DNA of 64,000 nucleotides from Hyphochytrium catenoides. Taxonomy: Eukaryota; Protista; Hyphochytriomycota. The stretch is taken from NCBI GenBank assembly GCA_900088475.1, contig FLMG01000261.1:124001-188000 (forward strand). The letters are read 5' to 3'. Below are positions 1 through 13,275 of this stretch, piece by piece (positions within the stretch are counted from its first letter, which is position 1; each line of letters starts with the position of its first letter). The position numbers were made by a program, and so were the translations under genes. Under the pieces are notes generated by a model, which saw nothing but the letters and a program-made list of their open reading frames with translations, ran no database searches and was not told where the DNA came from.

Positions 1-500
1 GATATCTTCATCCTTCGCCGCCGCCCCGTTCGCACGACCTGACTGGAGGTGATGTGTCTGTCGTTTTGATGTAAGAAGGGCTGGCATATCTCCTTCACCA
101 TCACGCTCTGTCTCACTTTTCCTCTGTTTGTAACTATTGCCTCCGTTTTCCGTTTATTGATGGACATCTCTTGCATCGTCTGTCTCGCGATGTTCTTTAT
201 TCTCTCTCGTGGACGGACACACCTTCTCTGTCCTTTGTGCAGGTGACTTGGCCTCCATCACCACTCTCTGCTTCTCTAGCTGCTGCTGCTCCTGCGGGAG
301 AGTGAAGAGACTGTTCTGTTCTCGAGAGTCTCTTTGCTTCCCGCGCTGCATCGCAGTTAGTCGAGAGATCGGCCTTCGGCAAGGGCGGCAACTATTGAAA
401 GAAGATACGCAACCTCAAGGAAGGACAGACAAAGCTTTTGACCAGTTGAAGACCCAGGAAGGAGGAGGAGGGGACTGAGAGCCACGAGGACGGGGTCAGT

Positions 501-3500
501 ATGTCACCGATGCCGTTGCCGACAACTCCGGTAGAGGCCGTTCCAATCTTAGATGTCCTGCCAGGGCGTACCATAGAGGGAATCAGACAGAAGAAGACGG
601 CGATGACTCAGGATGATAAGCGAGCAGCAGGGCAAAGTACAGAGGGAGAACTTAGACAAGGCCCGATCAGAGACCTGCAAGAACAGCAAAGAGCTCCTGT
701 AACGCGTCACGAGCAAAGAGCAGAAGCAGAGATAGTAACAGGGGAGAAGGACAGGAAAATGGAGGAAGAGAGAGGAAGAGCCGATGCAGACGTCACACAA
801 CCGTTAAGGGAGCCCAGTCCAGACATGCAGATGGCCACCGATACCTTTGAACTTAACCAGAGCCTCTCCGACTTTAGGGACTCTGACGAGGACGTACAGA
901 GGAGAAGGAGAAGAGGGAGGCGAGGAAGCTCGCAGGATAGACACAACGAGGGAGCGACTAGCGCCGATGGACGGATGCCGAAGAAGCTCGATCTGTATAA
1001 GAGGACGCTTAGGAGAGGACCAACTCATGGGGATGAGAATGTGGACATCGAGGCTGTGAATGACACCCTGACAATGTTGGAAAAGGAAGCGAGAGAGGGC
1101 AAAAGGAGGAGTCTACATAGGGGAGAGAAGGAGGGTAGAGGGAGAGAGATCTCAGAGGGCTCAGGAGATTCTAGTGCTGCCTGGACGTTGACTAGCATGG
1201 CAACTTTTCCTCTGTGGGCACCAGTTTATGTTGGAGTGGCCAGCGTGCGGTAAGTCTGTCTCTTGAGCAGTCCCATCTGCTCATTCTGCCTTAGGTGTTT
1301 CTCTATCTTTTACACCCTCTGGCCCTCTTTGTAGCTGGATGAACAGCAAGGTTTCTGAAGGTGTTGTCGACCCTGCAAAGAAGTCTGTCCGGAGTCGTGT
1401 TCGTCGCTCTCTTTTCTCTCCGGCAGTCATTGGAGAGGCGGTCATCGACTGGCTTAAAGACCTAACTCCACAAAGGACGAGAGACATCTCTCGCATATTC
1501 TCCAACGTATTTGCTAACTCAGTGTCGCTCCTTCTCACCGAGCAGTCAAGACAACTCATGGATGTCAATCTTGTAAGTGGAAATGGTGAAGAGGAGAGTG
1601 CTTACCCAAACCAACAGTAATGGCAAGTGGTCTCTTTGGGAAAGAGGCTGGGAGGAGAGACGGTGGTGGCGGAAAGGGCTTCCAGTTGATAAAATATTGG
1701 GTACAATCCACTTTTAGAAACTCTCGATTGACCTAGCCCGTCGCATCCGCACCCCAACTATGCCGCATTCACTCTTTTCCTTGTGGTGTAACACTTTGCG
1801 CTTTATGACCATCTCTCGTTGCAGCAAGTAAGCGATGCCTTTGTCTCCATGATCTCATCTGAGCCAGCGGTACGTACTCTGGTCGCTGGAGGTGCCACGG
1901 CTGTGAAGGTTGCGGAGGCTTTGAATACGGTGGAAGCCAGGCAAGCGATAAGGCAGAGTTCTGAGCTTCTATCAAATGCGGTTGATGTTCTGGCGAGTCC
2001 AGAGGTAAGAAAAAGCATGAAACAGACACCAACAAGCTAGAGGTATCTTCCCTCTTATTCGGGCTGTGAAAAAGTCACCTCTTGGATTCGCAACGAATCC
2101 TGTTTTGAAGCCGTTACCTTCTAATCTCTACTTGTCGGTGGAATGTTATGGATTCTCTTCGTGAAGTCTTTGTTTGCTGCCACTTGTTCTTTCCTCCTAT
2201 TGTTTGAGAGTAACGGGGGATTGGTGACCTGTCCTTGTCGTCTCCTCTATCTCCTTTAACAAGCTAATTATCACACGTATGGAGGGTAATCTTCTGTGCT
2301 TCCAACGTTTCACAGGGCAAGACATTTTTTTCTTTAGTGAATGAGCTAATTTTCAAGGCGACAGATTTAGCCAGCTCTCCTGAAGCCACTATCACAATAG
2401 CAGAGCTAGTAGCCAATATCTCACATGCACTGCAGGTACCTTCACACTTGCCACCTGGGTTCTCCTCAGTGGACCAAAAGTTAGCTAACTGTCCATCGCC
2501 TTGCACTCCTGCATTATCCTATCATGTACTTCATCATCATCATGTACTTTTATGAGTCTTGCCATTTGTGGTCTATGGCCACCGGAAGTGGTTGGTATCT
2601 GGCACAACTTTCCCCCAAAGACAGCTACTAGTTCATGAATTACCGCTCCGTAGCTTCTATATATGCTGTATATTCCTATCTGCACAAAGTGATAGCACTT
2701 CACTGCCGTTGGTCTGGCGATAGGTGGAGGCGGCGCAGAGACAGAGTCGGAGAGACAATGAAAAACGTAAGACAGAAGGCGATGTGGGAGAAACCAACTT
2801 GTCTGCCTCAGCTGAAAGCCAGACTGGCAGCCAACACAGCGTTACATCACAACGGGTATCCGAATTGGAATCTAGGATCCTCCAGTCCTTAGACGCGGAG
2901 ACTTTGGTGCCTGAGCTTGAGGAGCATGAGGGGGAGATGGACAGTGCAGAGGACGCCGGACCGGAAGGTCGTCACGTTGGACCTTGTAGATTTAAGTGCT
3001 GTCGCACTCTTGCGTTTGGGTTTGCTTCCTTGTCTGGAGTTCGTCGTTGGTTGGTCACACAATTATCTTACAACTGCGGACGTTGCCACACACTAATCTT
3101 CGTTGGGTCTGCAAATCGCATTGAATCATGTTCTGATGGCTATCTTTATTCTTATAGAGCCAACCAGAAGAAGAGATAACAACGTTGTCGTGCCGGACTG
3201 GAATAGTGAACAGACACGCACAGCTCTAAGAAGGAGGATAGCAGCCAGGCGCTCTCCTCCAAAAGAGTCGGAAGGACAGAGTTCTTCTGCCCGGCTCTAT
3301 GAAGAAAGGAGTGTGAGGCCCCCAAGGCGGACTGCAGTGGAGGTAACATTTTATCCTTTGCACAGCCTCTTCTTCTGGCTATGGTGCTTTCCTCTTATGG
3401 GTTTCGTGCAGGCGGCTGCGAGTATTGATAAGAATCCTAAGTCAAAATCTTTTCTCCTTCCGGCCAGGCTCCCCCGACGGAGAAAAGTGCAGCTCATGGC

Positions 3501-3605
3501 AAGCGTCTCCACACTTACGTGGGATTGGGAGCAATGTGCATCTTCCTACTCTGGTCTTTCTTCGCATTGTACGGGGCAGCAGTCTTCCTCCGTAGGCTTC
3601 TGTGA
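501..3605 (+). CDS. Multi-exon hypothetical protein: disordered N-terminus, central amphipathic helices, C-terminal transmembrane anchor
   Basis: Approximate exons 501-1249, 1335-1572, 1825-2004, 2358-2435, 2724-2968, 3159-3342, 3468-3605 with GT-AG boundaries. The last exon reads ...HTYVGLGAMCIFLLWSFFALYGAAVFLRRLL* (TGA 3603-3605). No family recognised; the start is uncertain. Confidence 0.65.
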
Positions 3606-4051
3606 AGGAAGAGGCATTGGCTAGAGGACTTAATCCAAACCTTTGAAAACCGTGGTCAAAGGACCTAATGTGGCAAAAGCAGAAACCATAAGGCAGGGCA
3701 GAGATGGTACCTTGCTTTCAACGAAACAGTTCAATGACGATGCAGGATGGGTAGTTGGCAAGGGAAGGCGCAGTGGGCGATTTGGGGGAGCAGTTGAGCA
3801 CTGCCCTCACTGCGCTGTAGCTTGAGCTCTGCTCACTGGCCTGAGGCATCAACGTCTTTTCTAAAAGCTGGGGAGAGAGAAGTAGCTAAGACTGCAATTA
3901 CCACGACATTTCTTATGTTAAATAGGCTTATAATGTTAGACGATATTGGTTTTAGTCCATGCTGTTCACCATCCCCTGCTCCTCCTCCATAAACCCTTGC
4001 TCGCTTAGTAAGAATGGAAACATCCCGGTACAAGGTCTCAGGTTATTCGTT

Positions 4052-7000
4052 CTAGGTGCTGAACTTCTGAGTGGCTGCTGCTCTTTCCTTGGATAATTGT
4101 GCGATCGTGTCCTTGACATCCTTTGACTGTTGCAGCAGCGAATAAAAGTCTTTGGCCAGCAGACGACTGCAGGATTGAGAGTGACACGACGAGGGGAAGA
4201 ACAACTGTTTAGCGACAGAGGTCGATCAGGTGATGATTCGAGGTTTTCACACCAAACGTGCAAAAGGTAAGGGCCGGATAAGATAGAAGGCCATATAGAG
4301 GCAATGGAGAAGTAGGTTAAGCCCGCCCACCAACTCCTAAAGCCTGAGGGCCTTCAGAGAAGATTCGGAGGAGAACAAAAGCCCAATAGGGTAGCAAGCC
4401 TTTAGGAACCTGAAGGTGCAAGTATCCGTTATACAGGTCACGTTTGCGTTTCTTGATGTCTTGGTGAGGAGAGCTGTCTCTCCAAAGAAATCTCCTTCGC
4501 CAAGCCGTGCTAGTTCTTGCTCCTTCCCATCTAATTAAGGTTGAATTATGACTCTTTAGTGAGAGCTGAGACGTGACATAGAGAATCGAATGAAAGCGGA
4601 TCAACTTCTTATGGTCGTACCTTTTCCCTTCTTCGTTATCTGGACCTGTCCGTGGTTTATGGTGTACAAGCTATCACCTCTCTCACCCTCGCGGATCACC
4701 ACCTGGAAGAATATCGTTAGCGTTCCACATAACAGAGTAGCTCGCTGAACAGTGGTCAAACCATGACCGGTATAACAGCAATGAAGTGCCTCAATTTCGT
4801 GTTCTCACCTCGCCCTTCTTCTTGTGCAGTTCCTGAATGTTATGCATAATCCTGACTACTGCCTTGGTTCTCTGCATGTTCCTCTTAACGTTCTCTCCAC
4901 GAATAACCTCAGTCGTCTCTGCACTCTGAACCAAGGTACGGAAGTCGTCCCTGTTGATCTTGACGACATCAACATCGGTCATGCAGCGCACCGTGGCGTT
5001 CCTAATGAACCGTAGGAGATAAACGGACGGAATATTAGGGCACTAGAAACGTTCTCTTACACCGTAGTGAGGCCCTATCCTCCCTTTACTGGGTACCATC
5101 ACCTGGTAGTCTCGAAAAGCAATCCGTTCTCTCCGAAAAACTCCCCGCTTCCTAGCCTTGCAATCGGCTCTTGGACGCCTTTCACTAGGATTTCTACGGC
5201 GCCCGCATTAAGGAAGTAAAAGTCCTCTGCCTTCTCTCCTTCCTTGAAAATAATATCTCCCTTCTGATATTGGACATGATGCAGTTCAGACATCACTCGG
5301 ATGTAGTCTTCATAGTAAAGTCCTGCACGGTTAAGGGGAAGGCAGGATAGCGGCGTAAGGGCTAGCCGACAAAAATGCGGTACAAGAAAACCGGGTTACC
5401 TATCGGTTTATTGGTTTCTTCGTCTATTGCTAGTAGATGCTTGAGATCCGCTTCAGTGATCGCGCTGTCTTCACCTACATCGCGTAACAAACTCTGGATC
5501 TCGTCCACCGTAAGGTATCCTAAGAGCGCGATGGTGGAGGGATTGGGGAAGAAACACCAGCGTTAAAAAGGGGGATGATATGATGAAAATGTCTAAGGTC
5601 ATGAGCAAAGAGAAGGTGCTGGTCCCATAGCATGCGCGACGCAAAGAGCTATAGACAGTCGATGTGAGCGTGAGCAGGTAGATAACATCACTAGGGACGA
5701 GCATCGAGAGCGAGGTAAGGAGAAGAGGAAAGGAAAGTTGCAAGGTCACCTTTTCCGTCCTTGTCCAAGAGCTTAAAAGCATTGCCTACGGCGATAATCT
5801 GCCCAGTTTGGAGGGGCTTCTGATTTCCCGTCTCGGCGAACCCCATGGCAAGTTCTCCATTTCCTCCTTGTGGCTCCTTGCTGTTCATCTTCTTTGTTAT
5901 AACCGCCCCGATCAGTCCCACCTTCAGCTTCCTGCACGGAGAGAGTACCCAGCAGGATCAGCCACAATGATGGTCGTCTTAGGTTGTAAGGGAAGAAGGC
6001 ATTTCTTATGATGATGATGCTAATGAGTCCTGATAATCCTCTTGACCGCAAACAGCAAGCAAATTCGAGAAAGGGGGATGAGATCAGAGGAAGTTGACTT
6101 TTGATCTTACCTCTTGATCTCCGTGAACTTCTTGAGGTTCTTGTCAGAGTTTTGAAGTACGTCCTTTGGTGCAGCTGTGCCCTGCACCCAAGGGTGAGAC
6201 CAACATCGAGCTGCAGTCATTCGCTGTGAAGGGTCTTTCGAAACTAGAGCCCTAATTAGGTCTTTAGCTGACTCAGAAACCTATAGATGGGAGCAAACAG
6301 CCGGTTACTAGCAGGGCCAAAGAGTATTCGCAACGGAAAGGAGGCACGGGGTTAAGGGTGGAAGCATGCTAAGAGACGGAAACCCAGAAAAAAGATGTGA
6401 GAAGAGAAACAAAAGTGGTGCTAACTGGGAGGAGAACGAGACCTCTGATGTTTGTCCACAGTAGGAGAGATGATGTGGGACACACGTACATGGTCGAACG
6501 CTCTATAGTCAAAGGACAGCTCATCACTTAGGACCGAGCGGACCATGTCATTGTCCGACCGATTGCCTTCAGGGTCGAATGGGTGCATTCCGGAGAGAAG
6601 GATGTATATGATAAGTCCTAGGGCTGTTCATAGGATAACATAAAACCATTAGAGCCTGAGAGCTTGGCAAACTCGACCAGCTAGACGCAGGAACGGCATC
6701 CCTTTCCCCAGTGGGGAATGGTAACGGCAAGTAGGGCAGAGGAATAGGCAAGGTTGTCTGACTGTATATGAAGCTCTAAGGAACCTTCCGTACCCCACAT
6801 ATCTCCTTCAGGTCCAGAGAGCTTGTGAGACAGCATCTCTGGGGCCATGTAGCCTATCGTTCCGGTGGGTTCCTGTATTGCAAGGCACGGGGGTATTCGA
6901 TTGTCACTTAATTTCACACAGTGCAAAGTTAAGCCTAGAACTTAATGACCATCTGAGAAATAGACTAGGTAAGACAAAGGACTGAAGTGGATGTAGGAGA

Positions 7001-8829
7001 AGGCAAAGGTGAGGAAAAAAAATGGAGATAGGAGGCTAGCAGAATAACCCATTGCGTTAGTGGTTCATTATGGAGTACCTCTTTGCTGGAGAGTCTACCA
7101 ATCTTGCTGATGCCTGATTTATCGAAAGGCCCTGCACTTCCAAAGTCGACGAGCTTGATCCGCACATCCGGGGCCTCATCATCTCTGTGGCTGAGCATCA
7201 AATTCTCTGCCTTTAAGTCCTTGTGAGCCAGTCCGCGTTCATGCATAAAAAACAAGGCAGATACGACTTGACGGATAAATCTTCGGCCAAGCAACGAGAA
7301 TAGAGTATATCAGTCTCTTCCTACGGGGAGGAGGGGTACCAGCAAAGCAGCAGAACCGGAGATTGACAAAAAGCATCGAGTCTGCAAAAAGTTGGAAGTG
7401 GCCGTGATCGGCAAATAAAATGGCGGGGAAAGAGATAACGCACCAGAGAAACATCCATCTGTGAAGACCAACAAGATATCGTATTAACAAGATAAGCAGG
7501 CTTCCACGAATAACAGAGCCCAATGATCGAGGTCCTTACTTGGAGGCTGTGTGCTCAGAATACGGTCCGTGGGCTACCAAATGATCAAAGAGCTCACCAC
7601 CCTATATAATGTTAGGGTAAGAGCGAGGGCAAGGACGTCGGATTAAGCTCATACAGGAAAGTACTTTCGTGTCAAGGTTTGAAGCTTGGGACATCCCAGA
7701 GAGTCGCCATTTATGGAAGAGAAGTGAAAACCAGAGAAAGAGAGCCATAGGGGAAAGAAGAGCTCCTCCCGACCTCGACTAATTCCGTGATAAGGTAGAC
7801 AGTGTTCCTAGTCTCATAGACAGCCTTCAACCTCACAATATTTTCATGCCCACCGAGCTGGGCGATCGCAATAAGAGCCTCGATCTCTCGTTTCAGCATT
7901 GCACTACACAGGCGAGGATCAGCGCGAAGGGCATTAGAGACGGTAGAGCATTAGGAATGCCCATGCTAGAGAAAGTCAACTCTGTTCTGAAAGTGTGATA
8001 GCCCCATTGATAATGCAGAGTTATAGCGTGATAGCACAGAGGTAGCCTTTACCGGGAAGATCCTCCCTTGTTGATCGCCTTGATCGCCACACTCTCGCCT
8101 GTATCCTTCTTCTTTCCCTTGTAGACTCGTCCGAACGCCCCTTTGCCGAGCTCCTTACCAAGCTCATAATGAGCTGTGACATCGCCCTGTCAGAGATCCA
8201 GAGGCGGAATGTGAGGGCATAAGTCCCATAGTGAGAATACTACATTACGCCCAAGCGACAGACTTGAAATTGCGGGCAACTCAGACCCCTCGTTTGCATG
8301 AGTAAAGAAGTCAGACCCCAACTTTGACGCTCAGAGCCGTGTTGCAGTTTGTTTCCGTGCCTTCCCTATGTCAGTCTATTACCTTGGCACAGCTCTAATC
8401 AGCTGGAGAAGGGTACAGCTCGGTTCGAATAGCGAAGCTACTTTGTTCCTATAATCGCCATCTTTGTTTTCGACCCTCCCATCTTTCTCTTCATCTCCTC
8501 CTTAAAGAGATACGCACCTTCTGGTAAAACGCCTTGAGTCCTTCCATCTCACAGGCTGCAATTCCGTCTTCTTCGTCAAATGAATCCATAAAGTGATGAA
8601 GTGAGAGTGCCGCAGCCACCACTCCTGCCGCCAGTGGAATGCCGCTAAAGCGAACAGAGCCCGAAGAATATGAATACGATCTGGATGACACTGCAGAAGG
8701 CGTAGATAGAAAGCTTTGAGAAGACCTAGCTACAAGAGCTTTTGCTAATCTCCCTTCTACCCGCTTCGGTATAAGAGGAGACGCAGCGCCCCTCTTGATC
8801 ACAGGAGCGAAAGAATGAAGACGAAGCAT
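4052..8829 (-). CDS. CAMK/CDPK-like Ser/Thr kinase with mitochondrial-type presequence, EF-hand(s) and two C-terminal cyclic-nucleotide-binding domains
   Basis: Spliced motifs: presequence plus hydrophobic segment (8829-8518); LGKGAFGRV...VAIKAI (~8186-8053); HKDLKAEN...DFG (~7290-7098); GTIGYMAPE; HPWV; EF-hand [16 protein letters not shown]; cNMP-1 [10 protein letters not shown]...[17 protein letters not shown]; cNMP-2 [10 protein letters not shown]...[17 protein letters not shown]; last exon [13 protein letters not shown]...KFST* (TAG 4052-4054). Confidence 0.9.
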
Positions 8830-9302
8830 TGTAATCAAAGGCAATGGACGAAGTTTAAAATCAAGATTTTAGAGCGAGGAAAGGCTATCTGGTAGTGGTC
8901 CAAACTGTCCGACAAAACAGCTCGAGAAATAGCCAAGCACGTTCCAATCTCGATAGCTGTTCTCAAGTGGCTGCACACTCGTCGACCCTGGCTCTCCCAG
9001 CAACCTCAATCAAGCTTACTCCGCAATGCGCCTCACAATGATTACACGCTGCAGCACAGCAGAAGAGTGCTGAGCGAACGTCAACGGCGACGGATCAGGT
9101 GTAGTCGACGGGAGATCTGGATGGCAGATCAATGGAAATAGTGTAGCAGAGAGTCAGAAAAGAGAAGAGTGCCATGAAAATGTGTTCAGTGAGATGTGAA
9201 GCCAGAAGGATCGCCACATGTCCGTTACAGATCAGTCCGGTTCAGAATTATAGTCGCTATTTATTTCATTCTTTGGAATATAACCGTCTGGTATTCCACA
9301 CC

Positions 9303-12300
9303 TTACTCAACTAACTCTTTGACAGGTGTTTCTGTCTGCCATAGATCATGGACAAAGTCATAGAGTTCTGCTGACACAGAGACCTAATGAAGCATGGAAC
9401 CACAAGAGGCGGATCAGAAGGAGCAACGGGAAGTGACTGCGAACCAGAGACAGATGGCTCATAAGAGAAAGAAAGAGGTAAATGCCGGATGTGGGTCACG
9501 AGAACATCCGATGCGAGGCGGTGTTGCCGCATCAAGAGGTTAACGCATTGCGGGCGCCAACCCCGCTATGGATCAAGGAAAGACTAAGCTGCTTGATCGA
9601 CCACCGTTCGGTACTTGCAGCTTTGCAGAGGGCTTACCTTATAGGGAGTAGGGTTGAGTGCCCTTAGGTGGTCCTCTCGAGGCAGGGCGAGCTGCTCTTG
9701 AACATACTTTCTAATATCCTGCAGAGATGGGGATGGTGCTGTGAAGTAAAAGGAACGCGTAAGTGTATCATGTGAGCAGTACGACTGCTGTGCGAAGAGC
9801 AATAATAACGCGTAAGTGTACCACATAATTAGACTGCAAGCAAGCTTCCCAACATAACAAGTATGCGGCGCCATCGAAAAGGATACGTGATCGATGGGAG
9901 CAGGGCACGCAAAGGACAGGGGGCTTTGGTGTTGACGTCTTACCAACAAGCTTGCCATTCCAAACCAAATTTTGAAGAGGCTCTGCGCGGGAGACCGCCA
10001 CATATGCACGCTTGTTCTCGATAAATGGGTGGCGGCAGAAAATACGCCTTAAGCAAGGAGGTGCGAAAGTCAGAAGCACAATCCCTCGGAAGCCCAGAAT
10101 GAGATTAGGGGCCCATCCATCTTGAGAAGCATGAAGTTGAAAAGTTATGAAGGAGAATAATTCTCAAAAGGCGCCCGATTTTCAAAAGACACGACTCCCG
10201 ATGAGGTAAAAAGAGCGGCCAAAAAAGACTCTTGACTTCGATCGGGCGTCAACGTATGCGGGGGCTCAACCTAGCAGAAGCGCACTAGAATGTCGAGGCC
10301 CCGCCAAAAAGAAGACCAGACTATAACATAGAAACAACTTACTCCCCAGGTTTGGGTGGTTCTTGATCTGCGTGAGTCATGAAGTCCAAGATAGGCCTCT
10401 CGGACGCACCAAATATCCGATACACTTGCTTCTTGGCGGGAATGGTGGTCTATAACAGAGCCATTTAACTTCTACGGTTGTCACAAGTGACAGGGAAAAG
10501 GAGACTAGTCCAAAGAAAGTTCAAGACCAAGTCAATGACCGATATAACGTCATACACCGCCAATGGAAAGGCCGGTCAACGAAAGGCAGGGTACAGTCTT
10601 CCTTGTGAAAAGACCTGATGATATCTAAATGGAGAGAGTGTTACGGTCCCTTGCTGCCCATTACACCTTTGCTATTTCTTGTGAAAGTTTGATCCGGGGA
10701 GATCCATTCAGCTCGACGAGCTTATACACCATTCCGAGAGCAGGTTGTGCTTGACACGTCACCTAAAACATAGCAGTTGGCATTTTCTTCCACCCGGGTC
10801 GTTTAAGATTAGAGAAAAAAAGGAAAGCTTACCAGATGAGTTCCAATGCCGAATACATCTATCTCATGCCCCTGAAATGGAGGGACGTACGTCAGACCCG
10901 AGAAGCGGACACGACAAGAGAAGGAGAGACGTTTCGACAGGGTAGAACAAGAGATACTCTAGACAGGGAAGACCAAATTTCAATCTAGAGCGCACAAAGG
11001 CCCGGGCCGCGAGGACAGGTTGAAGCTCTGGAATAAAGGAAAGAGGGCAAGACATTCACCTCATCGTGCAGCGAATAGAGAACGGCTTCATTGATGTCAT
11101 TACTTGCGACGATCGTAGCTTTTGCAAGATGGGGCGCGTCAAACTTCTGTGCGGCCTGTACAAAAAGGTGGAATACATTAGCCTTATGAGAGGCAAGGCA
11201 CTCGTGAGGTACTTTTGACACCCGATGATACTTAAGGCCAGTAAAGGAACTTAGAAAGTCGAGTTATGACGTGGAAGATGAAAAACTTGATTCCCACGCT
11301 GGCAGGTGTGAGAAAAGAACAGAACTAAGCGAGAGAAGGAGTGACATGAGCAGATCCCTGGTTAGGGATGATATGAGAACCATCTTACGTGGGCAAACAT
11401 TTTCCTGGCCTCTTTGGAGAGGTAAGCCAAATCACCGCTGTCGAGCCTGACCCCGGTTGCCTTATGCCCCATCTCATGTAGAGCCAACGCCACCGCGATA
11501 AAGTTTGGCAGACCGGACTGACAAGGGAGAAAAAGGCTCAGTCATGTGGCTCCCTCCTAATGCTTTCCTCATCATGCCTTTGTTCTATTTTGTACCAGTT
11601 GATCGTTAGACATGGGCAACTTACCGTAAGCGTATCGTAGGTATCAACTAGAGCCAAGAAAGAGTTAGGAAATGCCCTTGCGTAGGAGACAAAAGCTGCC
11701 AGCTCGCCCTAAGGAAGCAGGAGTCAATGACAGTAATGAGACGCAACGCTCAACGAGGCAATCTCAGAGTCTAAAGAGTCGGAAATAACAGAAAGGTAGA
11801 TAGCAGTGCAGTGACAGAGAATCAACCAGCCCCGAACCACCACTGTTAGCTCGAAGACGGATGGACCAATAAGTCTGGTCTTACATCGTTGGTCATGCCA
11901 TAGGGCAGCAGTGACCTATACTTGAGTGCGAGTTCCAGCAAATCTCTTCCCTCCAACGTTTTTTGCTAAAGGCATTGAAAAAAAAGTGAGTGGCACGGGA
12001 GAATGCTTGTTGCCTGAGACTCTTAGTAGCCGCCCACTATCGCTCTTCTCATTTCTCTCTACCCTTGTAGTCACAGCCATATGGGCACTAATGCGTATCC
12101 GGCGACGGAAAGTCTCACCTTTACGTCGTCCAGGCTGGAGAAAGATTGCACAAAGGCATGGGCATGCGTCCCACTGATGGGAATGCCTAGCATTTTACCC
12201 GCAAGCACATTGCTAGAACCATGAAATCCTCCCAAATATGCGTAGTGAGATGCCGAAAGGCCACCATCTGGTCCTTGTGCTCTTCGAAGGCCGAATTCTA

Positions 12301-13275
12301 TGCACTGCTTCTCCTGTGTGAACACATTTGTAGGTGGAGAAGATGATGAGATGGGTTGATTTAAAACGTGTCAGCGCACTTGGCAGAACATATAAACTCA
12401 CAGCACTAAGCTGTAGAGAGAGACAACTGAAGGCTGAGGGAGAAACGGGTCGCTTAAAGAAGAGAAGATGATATGATGTTGTGCGTTTTGACGTACTGGT
12501 CCTGCAGCCTTGACGAATCTGGCCGCATTGGTTGCAATGAGAGATGCAAAGTTGCAAAGGTTGAGCAAAGTAGTCTCCAGCAGCTGACAGGCAATAAGAG
12601 GCCCTTGTACTCGAATCACTGGCTCGCGAGGGAAACAGATAGTGCCTTCCTATCGAACATGATAACTTTTAGAGACGAGAAAGAGACAATAAGCTTCCAC
12701 AGAGTTCCATCTAGATGAGCGGACGTTGAAGCCTAATGACAAAGGTTGAGAATCTCCTCAGATGAGTGTTTAAACACAAGTGTAAACATCCCGAAATGGT
12801 GGGCTATGGGCTGGAGATTTTGGAGAATGCAGCCACAGACAAACCGAAGTGCAGCGCGATACCTTCATCGCGTACACCTGGACCTCACTGCAATCTAGAC
12901 CTCCTAAGTAATCAAAAAAGCTCGAGTCGCAGTTGGGCATGACTTTTCTAAGGTAGTTGAGGTCATCTTCTTCGAACTTGAAGCTCTCTATATATTTCAG
13001 ACACTGGGAAATCATGGGACGACACAGTCGCAATGATAAGTATTCTTGTGAAGCAAACGGGGTATACTGACTGTGCCTCAGCCCGTCACACCCACCTCTC
13101 CAAGCCCTGCAAATATAGTGTATTCGCCGTGAAACGGATTCTTACGAAAATACAGGTCGAAGACGGCGTTGTCTGTCTCTTTGCCACTCTTCCAATAGGC
13201 ATATGCCATCGTCAGCTGATAGAGATCAGTGAGAAGGGCCTTGACCAGGGGATTAAGAGGCCTGTGTTCACTCAT
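9303..13275 (-). CDS. NAPRT: Nicotinate phosphoribosyltransferase (Preiss-Handler NAD+ pathway)
   Basis: Family motifs across exons: [123 protein letters not shown]. Ends ...[13 protein letters not shown]. Confidence 0.96.
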
